The notes: generated by a model not told the origin, from the sequence alone. DNA of 63,724 nucleotides, filler included, from Candidatus Desantisbacteria bacterium CG1_02_49_89 (GCA_001871075.1; 6 parts of 6 records of this genome joined end to end with filler, not necessarily neighbours in it), one strand, 5' to 3'. Numbered from the whole stretch's first letter, positions 48,785-59,074 are shown. A program made the numbers and translations.

Positions 48785-51052
48785 ATGTTGAGAAGAACCG
48801 CCGTTCTTATTTTTTTAGCAGGCTTTTTCTGCACGGCCTGCGCTTTCGCCCAGACCACCATAATCAGGAAGATTGAGGTGAAGGGTAATATAAATATTCC
48901 CGACACGCCTGTACTGGAAGCCATCGGCATGAGGCCGGGCGATGATTTTTCATCCTCCAGGCTGCGCGAAGACCTGAGATCCATATATAAAATGGGATAT
49001 TTCCTTGACGCTTCGGTAGAAGTCGAGGAATTCGAAGACGGGCTTAAATTGATCTTCAGCCTGAAGGAAAAACCCGATGTTGGCGAAATAAAATTTGAGG
49101 GAAGGAAGTCCGTGTGGGAAAGCACGCTCAAAGACGCCCTTGACATCAAAAAGGGCGATACGTGCGCCTGCGATGAGGTAAGGCTGAAACAGAACGAAAG
49201 GAAAATACTGGATATCTACGAAGAAAGGGGATTCCCGTTCACGGCCGTGACCCACGAGATAGAGACCAAGAAGGATGCCGCGAATATTAAATTCACCATC
49301 AAGGAAGGCAGGAGGGTCAAGATTGATGAGATGAACTTTTTAGGCAACAGGGCGTATAATTCTAAGCAGCTGCTCGCGAAAATGCAGGTAAAGCCGGGCA
49401 AGTGGTACAGCGAAAGGAAACTCGAAGAGGATATAGACAAACTGGCGGATTTCTACAGGAGCGAAGGATATATACTGATAGGCATCGACCCGCCTGACGC
49501 GGCATACAGGGCTCCGTCTGCCGCTTACCCGGAAAAAGAAAAAGCGAAAGAAAAATTCGTGATAGACATAAAGCTCCACGAGGGAACGCGCATCAAGGTT
49601 GACAGGATACAGATAAAGGGCAATTCCATTTTTACGGAAAAAGAAGTAAGGGATTCGCTGTCAACCAAAGAGAAGGTCATATTCAACCAGTCAAAATTCA
49701 TCGAGGACATGAGGAACTTGCAGGGTAAATACGCGGAGAAAGGCTACATACTCTGCAGGATAGTTCCCCTTACGGACATCCAGGAAGAAAGCGGGATAAT
49801 ATCCATTATCGTGGACATCCAGGAAGAGGAGCTCGTTTACATCGAGAAGATAAAGATAACCGGCAATGCCATAACGAAAGACAAGGTTGTGCGCAGGGAG
49901 CTTACCGTCAGGGAAGGCGAGGTTTTCAACACGCAGAAAATAATAAGGAGCCGCCAGAAGATCTACAACCTTGGATTTTTCGAGGAGGTGGACATTTCCA
50001 CCGAGCCCGGTTCTGAAAAGGGCAAGATGCTCCTGGTGGTAACGGTGAAGGAAAAAAGGACCGGCATGGTGAGTTTCGGCGCCGGGTATAATTCTCTGGA
50101 CGGCCTGCTGGGCTACCTCGAATACAGCCAGAACAATTTCCTGGGCCTCGGGCAGTTCCTCAGCCTTAAATGGGAGTTCGGGGCTCAGAAGCAGAATATA
50201 GAGGCCAGTTTTACCGAGCCCTGGTTCCTGGACACGCCCACCTCGATCGGCGTGGATATTTTCCACACTATCAGGGAAAGGACAGAATATTACTATACGG
50301 AGAAAAGGGTAGGAGGGGCGTTAAAAGTCGGCAGGCTGATAACGGATTATGACAAGATCTACATGCAGTATAAATACGAGAACGTTGAGGTTTATAATGT
50401 CGGCGATTCAGCGTCCCAGGACGTGAAAGACCAGGCGGGGACAAACGTGACCTCCAGCATGGCATTTTCCTACGTAAGGGATACCAGGGATAATATTTTT
50501 GATGCGACCCAGGGCATTTATCTCAATATTTCAGAGCGGCTGGCAGGAGGGATCCTGGGCGGAGGCAACAATTTCCACAGCCCGACGATGGATTTCAGCA
50601 CTTATTCAAAGCTTTTCGGGCTCAAGTGGCTGGTGCTCGCGTTCCACATGAGGGCCGGTATTATCGACTCGTTCGGCGCTTCGGCGGACGTGCCGGTGTA
50701 TGAAAAATTCTACGGGGGCGGAGCCGACACCATCCGCGGTTATCCGGAAAGATGCCTGCCGCAGGATGCCACCGGAGGCAAATCGCTTCTGTACACCAAT
50801 ACCGAAATAAGGTTTCCCATACCCGGAACAGAGGGCCTTCTTAAAGGCATCGTTTTCTTTGACATGGGAAACCTGTGGAAGGACACGGAGATCAATCTGA
50901 ACACGCTTAAGAAGAGCGCCGGATTCGGCATACGGATAAACACGCCGGTCGGGACCATCCGCTTTGATTTCGGGTACAGGTTTAGCTCCGCGGGAAACTA
51001 TATAGCGGCAGACCGCTGGGAACCCCACTTCAGCATAGGCCAGCTGTTCTGA
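48785..51052 (+). CDS. bamA: Outer membrane protein assembly factor BamA
   Basis: POTRA repeats, KVVRREL, IRGY loop motif, FSIGQLF terminus. Confidence 0.95.
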   Translation: MLRRTAVLIFLAGFFCTACAFAQTTIIRKIEVKGNINIPDTPVLEAIGMRPGDDFSSSRLREDLRSIYKMGYFLDASVEVEEFEDGLKLIFSLKEKPDVGEIKFEGRKSVWESTLKDALDIKKGDTCACDEVRLKQNERKILDIYEERGFPFTAVTHEIETKKDAANIKFTIKEGRRVKIDEMNFLGNRAYNSKQLLAKMQVKPGKWYSERKLEEDIDKLADFYRSEGYILIGIDPPDAAYRAPSAAYPEKEKAKEKFVIDIKLHEGTRIKVDRIQIKGNSIFTEKEVRDSLSTKEKVIFNQSKFIEDMRNLQGKYAEKGYILCRIVPLTDIQEESGIISIIVDIQEEELVYIEKIKITGNAITKDKVVRRELTVREGEVFNTQKIIRSRQKIYNLGFFEEVDISTEPGSEKGKMLLVVTVKEKRTGMVSFGAGYNSLDGLLGYLEYSQNNFLGLGQFLSLKWEFGAQKQNIEASFTEPWFLDTPTSIGVDIFHTIRERTEYYYTEKRVGGALKVGRLITDYDKIYMQYKYENVEVYNVGDSASQDVKDQAGTNVTSSMAFSYVRDTRDNIFDATQGIYLNISERLAGGILGGGNNFHSPTMDFSTYSKLFGLKWLVLAFHMRAGIIDSFGASADVPVYEKFYGGGADTIRGYPERCLPQDATGGKSLLYTNTEIRFPIPGTEGLLKGIVFFDMGNLWKDTEINLNTLKKSAGFGIRINTPVGTIRFDFGYRFSSAGNYIAADRWEPHFSIGQLF

Positions 51053-51100
51053 GGAGGGTTATTTTCTCTTCGCCTCTGGGATCGAGAGATAGCTTTTTTC

Positions 51101-51129
51101 TTGACAAACCAGCGGTTTCAGGTTATAAT
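51101..51129 (+). promoter_or_regulatory. Consensus sigma70 promoter upstream of the HEAT/RHS operon
   Basis: TTGACA-17 bp-TATAAT. Confidence 0.75.
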
Positions 51130-51519
51130 ACAGATATATCTACTACAATTTTGCAAAATAGCTTTACAAATGTCTTTGCGAGCGATAGCGAAGTCCCAAA
51201 GGCCCCAAGGGGATCCCTTTGGGGGATCACTTTGGGACAATCCGTCGTTGCGAGGAACGGAGCGACGAAGCAATCTCATGTTTAGATTGCCACGGGTTCT
51301 GCCCGCAATGACACTAAAAAAATGTTAACGAATTATACAAAATTCAATAACTTCTTTAGCTTCCCCATTTACTCATCTTCCTAACCCACAAAAATCTCTG
51401 CCGATTTCTCTTCCTACAATCCTTTAGTTTTCAACCTTTAACTTTCAACCTTTAATTTTCAACTGTTTTATCAAAATTATGATTTAACTCCCCGCGGCTT
51501 GCCGCGGGGTAATTCAAAG

Positions 51520-51727
51520 AAAGGAGCGCCAAACAGGGCTAAAATTGTAAATGCCCAAGAGGTTTTATGTTTTTTAAAAGAGAAAAAGCACGGATCTATT
51601 CTTTCTCAGATGTCCTGGCATATCTTTATTCAACGGATGTCTGGGGCAGGAAGAATAGCGGGATTAATGTAATAAACACAAGGCGCTGAATCCGCCAAAG
51701 TATTAGTGGCGGACGAGCGCCTTTTTT
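51520..51727 (+). promoter_or_regulatory. Putative structured leader with intrinsic terminator
   Basis: Hairpin 51596-51658 with G-U pairs; AAGGCGCT...AGCGCCTTTTTT terminator at 51680-51727. Confidence 0.5.
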
Positions 51728-51882
51728 AAGGGGAAGCGAAAATCGTTGTTTTATAATTACATATTTTAATTTTTTCTTACTGCTTATTGTATGAATAAAA
51801 ATCCTCTAGAAATAGTCTGAGAAAGAAGCCTTATAAAAAATGAATGATAGTTTCTAAATCACCTAATACAGGGCTAATCAAA

Positions 51883-52542
51883 ATGAAGAAAAAAATTAAT
51901 CTAAATTTCTTATTGATGATATTGCTTTTAATGTTTGTATTTTTTGTAGTTAACACTATCCAGGCTCAAGATACTTACATCCTAGAATTAAGAAAAGGAC
52001 TTAAAAATGAAAACTGGTTTGTTAGAATGCATGCGGTTAGGACTTTAGGAGAAATGAGAGGATCAGAAATAGTTGATCCTTTGATTTCTGCTATAAAGGA
52101 TGAACACCCACGCGTCAGAATGTTTGCTGCAAGAGCTTTAGGAAAAATAAGAAATCCTAAGGCTGTTAGGTCTTTGATTGCTGCATTGAAAGATGACGAT
52201 AAATGGGTCAGGATGTTTGCAGTAGATGCTCTGGGAAAAATAGGAGATACCATTACTGTGGAACCTCTCATTACCGTTTTAAGAGATAAAGAGCCAGGGG
52301 TTAGAAGTAGGGCAGCACGGGCCCTCGGATGGATAAAAGATTTAAAAGCAGCAGAGCCATTGGTTGCTGCGCTTAAAGACGAGAATCAATATACCCAAAG
52401 GAGTGCAGCACTTGCTCTGGCGGAGCTAGGAGATACTCGAGCGATTCCATCGCTAGAAATTTTATTAAGTCAAGAAGAAAGAAAAGAATCGCAAATGGAA
52501 ATTATGCAAGCCATTGAAAAATTATTTCGAAAACTAAAATAG
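51883..52542 (+). CDS. Exported HEAT/PBS-lyase repeat protein
   Basis: VRMFAARALGKI...LIAALKD repeats; signal peptide; AT-rich. Confidence 0.88.
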   Translation: MKKKINLNFLLMILLLMFVFFVVNTIQAQDTYILELRKGLKNENWFVRMHAVRTLGEMRGSEIVDPLISAIKDEHPRVRMFAARALGKIRNPKAVRSLIAALKDDDKWVRMFAVDALGKIGDTITVEPLITVLRDKEPGVRSRAARALGWIKDLKAAEPLVAALKDENQYTQRSAALALAELGDTRAIPSLEILLSQEERKESQMEIMQAIEKLFRKLK

Positions 52543-52551
52543 GGAATAAAT

Positions 52552-55400
52552 ATGAAAACTAAGTTTAAAATTCCTTTTATTTTTTTATCAATGATTTTAG
52601 TTTTAAATTTGTTTTCTTCTCCGAATTCTTTTGCAGAGAACGATATTCTCTGGATTAAGACATATTCTGGTGGAATCGCCGACTACGCTTGTGATGTAGC
52701 TACAGATCCCTCAGGAAATATTGTAGTAGTTGGTGAGTCCTGGAGGAATTGGCCTGAAACAGATGATATTTATATAATAAAATATGACCCTGATGGTAAT
52801 ATCATATGGGATAAGAAATATTATAGCGGAGAGTGGTTATATGAACCTAGTGTGGCCATTGATACTACTGGAAATATTATAATTGCTTCAACTGCTGAAT
52901 GGGAATCTGGAGAGTGTTTTTTTATTCTAAAATATGACTCAGGGGGGAATTACTTATGGGAAAGAAGATATTACTGCAATGAAGCTGAAGTTAGCGGTAT
53001 AGCCACAGACGATACAGGAAATATCATTGTTAACGGTTCTTGTGATAATGAAGGAAGGGATAATTGTCTTACTATAAAATATGACGAAATAGGAAATATT
53101 TTATGGTTTAAGTTATATGATAGCGGAGAAGGATGGGGAGAAGAAGGCTTTGGTGTGGCTACAGATAAATTAGGGGATGTGATTACTACTAGCCATCATT
53201 CTGGTTATTCTGTCGAGAATGATAAGCATCGTACTATAAAATATGATTCCTATGGAAATGAGAAGTGGATAAGAATTTACAGTTATAATGGCGGTTATCC
53301 TGCAAGCTATATAACAGGTGGAGTAGCAACCGACTATAACAACAATATTATTGTTATAGGAGGCTACCAAATAATAAAATATGATCCGGATGGGATTATT
53401 CAGTGGGTCCAACACACAGAAGGCTATAGTTTGGTAACTAAAGATGTAGCTGAAGACATTGTAGGTAATATAGTTGTTGGAAACTTTTCTTCTAGTGGAT
53501 ATCGGGATTTCTTCATTCTCAAATATGCGCCTGACGGAAATCTTTTGTCTACAAGAAGATATGACGGGGGTATGAATGAGAGTTTATTAGGAGTAGCTGT
53601 TGATAACGAGGCAAATATTATTGCGACTGGCTATTATGAAAAATATCCGGATATTGCTTCCCACTTTCTTACTATTAAATATCATTCACAAAATTATCAT
53701 ATAAATGCAATGGCTTCAAAACCAACTATAAAGGTTGGAAATACCTCGCAGATTGTCGCTATAGTTACTGATTATTCCGATGTACCTGTTTCTGGTGTTA
53801 CGGTTAGATTCGAAGTAGTTGCTGGAGGTGGTTCAGTTTCTCCTGTATCTACGGAGACAGATATCTGGGGAAGAGCATACGCTATTCTTACTACCGGCGC
53901 TACTGCTGGAATAAACACTGTTCAAGTATTAACTAACGGTGGCTACGCAACCGTAGATGTTTTAGGATTGAAGACTACACAAGGCCGCGAGAATTTAAGC
54001 GGCAATAATCCTGTTGAGGGAAAGCCTCATGACCCGATAAGCAGCTACTCTGGTAACATTATCAGCACAGTGCAGGACCTTCATATCCCAGGCCGTATTC
54101 CTATTCAGTTCTCACGCACCTATAACAGCCTTTCTGATTACAGCGGAACACTTGGTCCAAAGTGGACCTATTCATATAATATTTATCTTAAGAATGATGC
54201 AAACAGTGACGTCCTGTATTATTGCGGAGACGGTTCTATATACAGATATGTTAAAAATCCCGATGGTTCATATAAGTTACCAGCAGGAATCTTTTTTACG
54301 CTTACCAAAAACGCAGATTCAAGCTACACCCAGAGAGGAAACGACGGCACACAGTACTACTATACCGTTCAGGGCAGGCTTTCAAGAATAGCAGACCGCA
54401 ACAACAATCAGGTCCTATTCGGGTATAATGCCAACGACCTATTAACGTCTATAACCGATTCAGCGGGCAGATTAATTACTCTTGACTATTCTGATGGTAA
54501 ATTATACTCTCTGACTGATTTCGCGGGTCGTGTTACTTACTACCAGTATGATGATAAAGGCGATCTATCTTATGTTTTTGGGTCGGAATACACAGCCCAG
54601 TATTCGTATGACAAACAGCACAACTTAACAGTCAAAAATGATCCACGTTCCCCAAAGGGATATACGAACAATTCCTTTGTTTATGACAGTTTCGGAAGGG
54701 TAGTAGAGGGAAAAGATGCGTTGGAAAGGTCACAGATAAAAATTAGCTACGGAACAAATCCCATCAGGACTACACTTACGGACGCAAATGACAAGCAAAC
54801 CATACATAGCTATTCTAATGAAGGTTTCCTGACAGACGTTACAGACGCCTATAACAACAACGAGCCTTATGTTTGGGACGCTTTCTATCTGGCAAAAACA
54901 AGAACAACGGATGCAAACGCGCATCCAACCGATTATACATATGATCCAAAAGGGAACTGCTTAAGCATCAAGGACGCCTATAACAACCTGACTTCATTTG
55001 AGTATGAAGCTACCTTCAGCAATGTTATCAAGATATTTGATGCCTTGGAGCGCCAGATTGTTAATAATGAATATGACGGGAACGGGAACCTTTTAAGGAC
55101 AACAGACCTTCTCGGCAACGCTACTTCCTATACTTATGACGGATATGGGCAGCGCCTTTCAATGACTGACCCAAGAGGTAAAACCACCACCTTTTCTTAT
55201 GACCAGTATGGAAACCTTGCAAGTGTTACTGACCCTCTCGGTAATGCCACTCAATACGCCTATGATACACTCGGCAGATGCACAAGCAAGACCGATGCCT
55301 ACGGCAAAGTCACCGGATATACCTGGGACGATGCGGACAGGCTGACAGCGACCTCCTATCCGGACGGCACGTCCGTAAGCTATACCTATGACCAGAACGG
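52552..55400 (+). CDS. RHS/YD-repeat protein with signal peptide, SBBP-like propeller, Big_1 and DUF6531 domains (3' truncated)
   Basis: DPISSYSGN...DLHIPGR..FSRTYNS...LGPKWTYSY; YD..GNL..VTDPLGN repeats. Confidence 0.9.
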
Positions 55401-55500
55401 NNNNNNNNNNNNNNNNNNNNNNNNNNNNNNNNNNNNNNNNNNNNTTAATTAATTAANNNNNNNNNNNNNNNNNNNNNNNNNNNNNNNNNNNNNNNNNNNN
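55401..55500. other. Artificial contig spacer
   Basis: N44-TTAATTAATTAA-N44. Confidence 0.99.
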
Positions 55501-55598
55501 CGACCTAAAAATCGAGATTGCCACGCTCCCTTTGGTCGCTCGCAATGACAACTCAAAGCAGAATCAAATGTCAAGGGATTTATGTGACACCATACTAG
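55501..55598 (+). mobile_element. MITE family A, partial copy
   Basis: Ends GTGACACCATACTAG; matches the other two copies. Confidence 0.85.
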
Positions 55599-56342
55599 TA
55601 AAACAAGGACATTGCACACAAAAAAGAGTAATAATACAATAGGGGCAAAAATGATATCGGTAATCAATGAAAATATTTCCTTTTTACTTTGTTTTTTTTC
55701 CTGTTTAGATCGATCTTGGCTGGATTCCACATTTAGCTTCTTTTTATCTTCTCCATCTATATTCAGTGGTTCGAGGTTAAGCCGAGATGCTGTATTTATT
55801 ATCAATTTATATTTACGTATTATATTTTCTAAATATTTGCGACCTGGAAATATTGTTAATGGAAATGATTTATGTGTATGTACAACTACGTTTTCAATGT
55901 CTAAAATCCAACTGACAGTAATAACTCGTGATTGAAGATCAATATTTTTCTGTTCGCGTATAAATTCAATTAACTCTTTATCATATTTGTTTAAGACAAA
56001 ACATATGAGCCCAAAAGAGCCTAACCTAAGGAAAGAGGGCCACACAAATGGAAAATGTAGCATGAATAACGGCATAGAATTTGCATACTTTCTTGATTCC
56101 TTTACCTGCGAAAAAACTACATTACAAAAATCTGCAATATCATCTTTACCCAATCTATCTCCCTTTATAAGTAGAATCGTAAAAAAAGATCCCCAGCATT
56201 TTCGCGAACCAATGAAATCCAAATTTCTTTGCTGAATAACCTGGAGTTCGGGTATTTTTGTTTTTTCAACAGAACTAAACTTTTTATCTTTTATTAATTC
56301 GTTTTTTAGATACTCCATAACATCCATAAATCGATTCCTCAT
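55599..56342 (-). pseudogene. AT-rich hypothetical membrane protein interrupted by a MITE
   Basis: The ORF reads into the MITE at CTAG within a hydrophobic helix (…NVLVLLV|WCHINP). Confidence 0.6.
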
Positions 56343-56406
56343 CTACCTGCTATCTGCTTTCCGACTTTTATCTATATTCAGCTTAAAGTCAAGGTAGGAC
56401 ACTACA
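56330..56406 (-). repeat. Inter-cassette linker, copy A
   Basis: TGAATATAGATAAAAGTCGGAAAGCAGATAGCAGGTAGAT. Confidence 0.8.
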
Positions 56407-56436
56407 TTCAAATCACTTTTTCTTTCTTATGCTATT

Positions 56437-56877
56437 TTATGGTTTAATTTTATTTATTGCTTCTTTGGCTATGGTTCTTACTCTGGTATCTTCATCATTT
56501 TCTGCAACATAAGTTAATGTCTCCAACGTAGATGTATCACCAATCCTACCAAGAGCTTCGGCTGCACAGCACCTAAGACCTGCATCCTTAAATTTCCGAA
56601 ATAGCGTAGGCACTACGGATGTATCGCCAGGTTTGCGGAGAGGCTGGTATACAGATACTCTGGGATCTACAGTTTCATCTTTTAAGGCTTCAATTAACGC
56701 AGGCACTGCGGATTTGTCACCAAGTTCACCCAGGGCCATGGCTGCGTAACGTTTGGTATCAGGGTTTCCATATTTAAGGTCATGAATGCATTCTGTTACA
56801 GCTGGATTTTGCTGAGCGTAGATAGTGATGACCAGGAAAAACAGAAAAACAGAAACTAAAGTTCTATTAAGGTTCAT
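56437..56877 (-). CDS. Exported HEAT repeat protein
   Basis: AAMALGELGDKSAVPALIEALKD, AAEALGRIGD. Confidence 0.85.
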   Translation of the reverse strand: MNLNRTLVSVFLFFLVITIYAQQNPAVTECIHDLKYGNPDTKRYAAMALGELGDKSAVPALIEALKDETVDPRVSVYQPLRKPGDTSVVPTLFRKFKDAGLRCCAAEALGRIGDTSTLETLTYVAENDEDTRVRTIAKEAINKIKP

Positions 56878-56908
56878 TTGGAATTCCTATTTAACAATGA
56901 TCTGCCCC

Positions 56909-56990
56909 ATCAATTTCTTATCCACCTGCCATCTGCTTTCCAACTTCTTTCTATATTCAATGACTCAAGGGTAAGATGGGGGGTACTACA
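56909..56990 (-). repeat. Inter-cassette linker, copy B
   Basis: TGAATATAGAAAGAAGTTGGAAAGCAGATGGCAGGTGGAT. Confidence 0.8.
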
Positions 56991-57034
56991 CTACCATACC
57001 AATTGGAGTCGGAAAGGTAGATTATTTAATTGAA

Positions 57035-57218
57035 CTAGTGCTCTGTAACACAAATCACTGACTAATTTGTCTTTGCGAGGAACGGCAGTAACGAAGTCTC
57101 AAAGGGATCTCCCTAAGGGATCCCATAGGGACCTTCGGGACAATCTAGTATACAGATTGCCGCGTCCTTCGGGCTCGCAATGACAAGCGGATTAAAAATT
57201 AATGTTACAATGCACTAG
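57035..57218. mobile_element. MITE family B (184 bp, CTAG ends) inserted in the 3' end of the signal peptidase gene
   Basis: Ends CTAGTGCTCTGTAACA / TGTTACAATGCACTAG (14/16 inverted); internal GTC(T/A)TTGCGAG...GCAATGAC palindrome. Confidence 0.8.
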
Positions 57219-57936
57219 TACGGTTGCGTGGCCAGTATATCTTTACTGCTTTTCCACGGAGGTTTTGCTTTGGAACAAATCCCCAGTACCTGCTGTCAAG
57301 GCTCTGGTCTCTGTTGTCTCCCAGCATAAACAAATGATCTTTGGGCACCTGGAAAATTCCGAGGTTATCCCTGGGGTTCTGAACGGAATACGGATAAATA
57401 TTCGGATCGTTGTGTATCTTATACGGTTCGTTCAGCGCAATCCCGTTCACATAGACCCGCTTGTTGATTATCCGCACGGTGTCACCTTCTACCGCAATGA
57501 CTCTCTTAATGAAATCTTTCTTGGGATCTTCAGGGTACTTGAACACTACGATTTCGCCCCTTTTGGGCATTTTGGTTTTATAGTTAAACATGGTAACAAA
57601 AATACGATCCCCTGGCTGAAGCGTTGGCATCATAGCTCCAGACGGTATTTTATAAGCCTTAACTACAAAAGTCCTGATAGAAGCTATTATTAAAAAAAGG
57701 ATTATAGCTAATAATGCAACCGAGCCTATTACCTTTAAAATATTCTTTCTTTCCCCTTTGGGTGGTAATGATGTAATTATTACCAACGCTATTAATCCAA
57801 AAAAGATCGCAAACAATACCCACCCAACAACATTGCGGTTTTTTCTTTTCGCAATTAAACCTGTTATTATAGAACATATAATAATTACCCCTAAAAATGT
57901 TATTGTTAACCACGATGAACTAAATATATAATCCAT
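57205..57936 (-). CDS. lepB: Signal peptidase I with extra N-terminal TM segments
   Basis: IPSGAMMPTL, FIKRVIA, GDNRDQSLDSRYWG. Confidence 0.92.
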   Translation of the reverse strand: MDYIFSSSWLTITFLGVIIICSIITGLIAKRKNRNVVGWVLFAIFFGLIALVIITSLPPKGERKNILKVIGSVALLAIILFLIIASIRTFVVKAYKIPSGAMMPTLQPGDRIFVTMFNYKTKMPKRGEIVVFKYPEDPKKDFIKRVIAVEGDTVRIINKRVYVNGIALNEPYKIHNDPNIYPYSVQNPRDNLGIFQVPKDHLFMLGDNRDQSLDSRYWGFVPKQNLRGKAVKIYWPRNRTSAL

Positions 57937-57986
57937 ATTGTTTCTCCTGCGCTTTTTTGAATTTAGTTAAGGATTTAATCCGTTCT

Positions 57987-58026
57987 ATCAATTCCTGATC
58001 CACCTGCCATCTGCTTTCCGGCTTTT
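57987..58026 (-). repeat. Inter-cassette linker, copy C
   Basis: AAAAGCCGGAAAGCAGATGGCAGGTGGATCAGGAATTGAT. Confidence 0.8.
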
Positions 58027-58033
58027 GGCTGTT

Positions 58034-59068
58034 TTATTGCCGCTTACAGAGCCTTTTTATTTCTTTCGTCATTTCCCGCGCTTTCTCAACGCTTTCCGCG
58101 GAAAAGCAAAAGAAGAACCGCGTGTCCGGTTTTGCCAGTGAAACACATTCCCTGGCTTCCTTGCCCCCGGGCACAAGAACAGCCTTGCCCGAGAATTTTT
58201 CTATCGACACGCCGAGGTCGGTCGGGGGATGGGACAGGTTAAGATACCGTATACCGGATAATTTAAGGAATCCATCCCATTGGTGCTGGCTGTTCGCGCA
58301 GCTGTGCATGGATATTCCGCCGAATTCAACGGACAGCTGCTGCAGGCAGGGCAGGCAAAATTCTTCGAAACAACGCGAGGATATAGAACCTATATCGTCC
58401 TCGGACAAACAGATCCCCAGTTCCGGAGGCATCCACAGATCCGGATGATGGACAAGGCATACGTCTTTATACCTGTCCCTGAACGCCCTGATAAAACCGA
58501 TCATTGTTTTAGTGACCTTTTTCAGAAGCCTGTGGACCGCGTCAGGTGATTCTACCAGTGCCAGAAAGAATGTTTCCTTTTTCCATATCAGCGCCGCGAT
58601 ATCGAACGGGCTCTGGATATCGCATATCCGCACGGGATATCCCGTGCCGCATAGCTCAACCAGCCTGTCAGCCAGCTTGAAGATCTCGCCGAGTGGCCCT
58701 GAATAGATATCAGGCTCTTTAAGCTTGTCAGCTTCCCCTGCGTCAGACACAACAGGCAGCGCGAAAGGAGCGTTATCCTGAGGCCTGTGAACCTTGCAGC
58801 CGAACGCAGCCGCAAAAACCTCTGTCCCTGACCAGGCCTGAAGCATCGGAACGCGGTCATCGCCTATTGATCCTGCTGGTCCAGCATATTCACAATCGAG
58901 CAGAAATTTCTTCCTGCCCAGCTGCGCCCTGTCTTCTATGCTGCCGTGCGTAAGGATGTTTATCTCTTCCGGGCCGGGCGCCAAATTAACCCGCACGCCA
59001 TGGCCGGGAAACGCGGAATTGCTAAATAGATCCCTGAAAAATTGCTTTTGGCTCTCTAATTTTTTCAT
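58034..59068 (-). CDS. Uroporphyrinogen decarboxylase/MtaA-like protein (divergent paralogue 4)
   Basis: DIQSPFDIA, PDAVHRLL, LSEDD...IS...FEEFCLP, MHSCA. Confidence 0.72.
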   Translation of the reverse strand: MKKLESQKQFFRDLFSNSAFPGHGVRVNLAPGPEEINILTHGSIEDRAQLGRKKFLLDCEYAGPAGSIGDDRVPMLQAWSGTEVFAAAFGCKVHRPQDNAPFALPVVSDAGEADKLKEPDIYSGPLGEIFKLADRLVELCGTGYPVRICDIQSPFDIAALIWKKETFFLALVESPDAVHRLLKKVTKTMIGFIRAFRDRYKDVCLVHHPDLWMPPELGICLSEDDIGSISSRCFEEFCLPCLQQLSVEFGGISMHSCANSQHQWDGFLKLSGIRYLNLSHPPTDLGVSIEKFSGKAVLVPGGKEARECVSLAKPDTRFFFCFSAESVEKAREMTKEIKRLCKRQ

Positions 59069-59074
59069 TTTTAT

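Noticed and set aside
51101-51328. Short ORFs 51101-51328 and 24923-25156
   Set aside because: Translations of promoter and palindromic repeat DNA.
51520-51730. Known riboswitch (c-di-GMP-I or c-di-AMP) in the RHS leader
   Set aside because: Only fragments resemble the consensus (GCTGAATCC, TAGCGGG); the core motifs could not be completed by eye.
13221-55500. Recurrent TTAATTAATTAA flanked by N runs
   Set aside because: Artificial contig linker. Adjacency across it, and ORFs containing X, are not biological.
56330-58030. Integron attC sites
   Set aside because: No RYYYAAC...GTTRRRY boundaries and no integrase seen.
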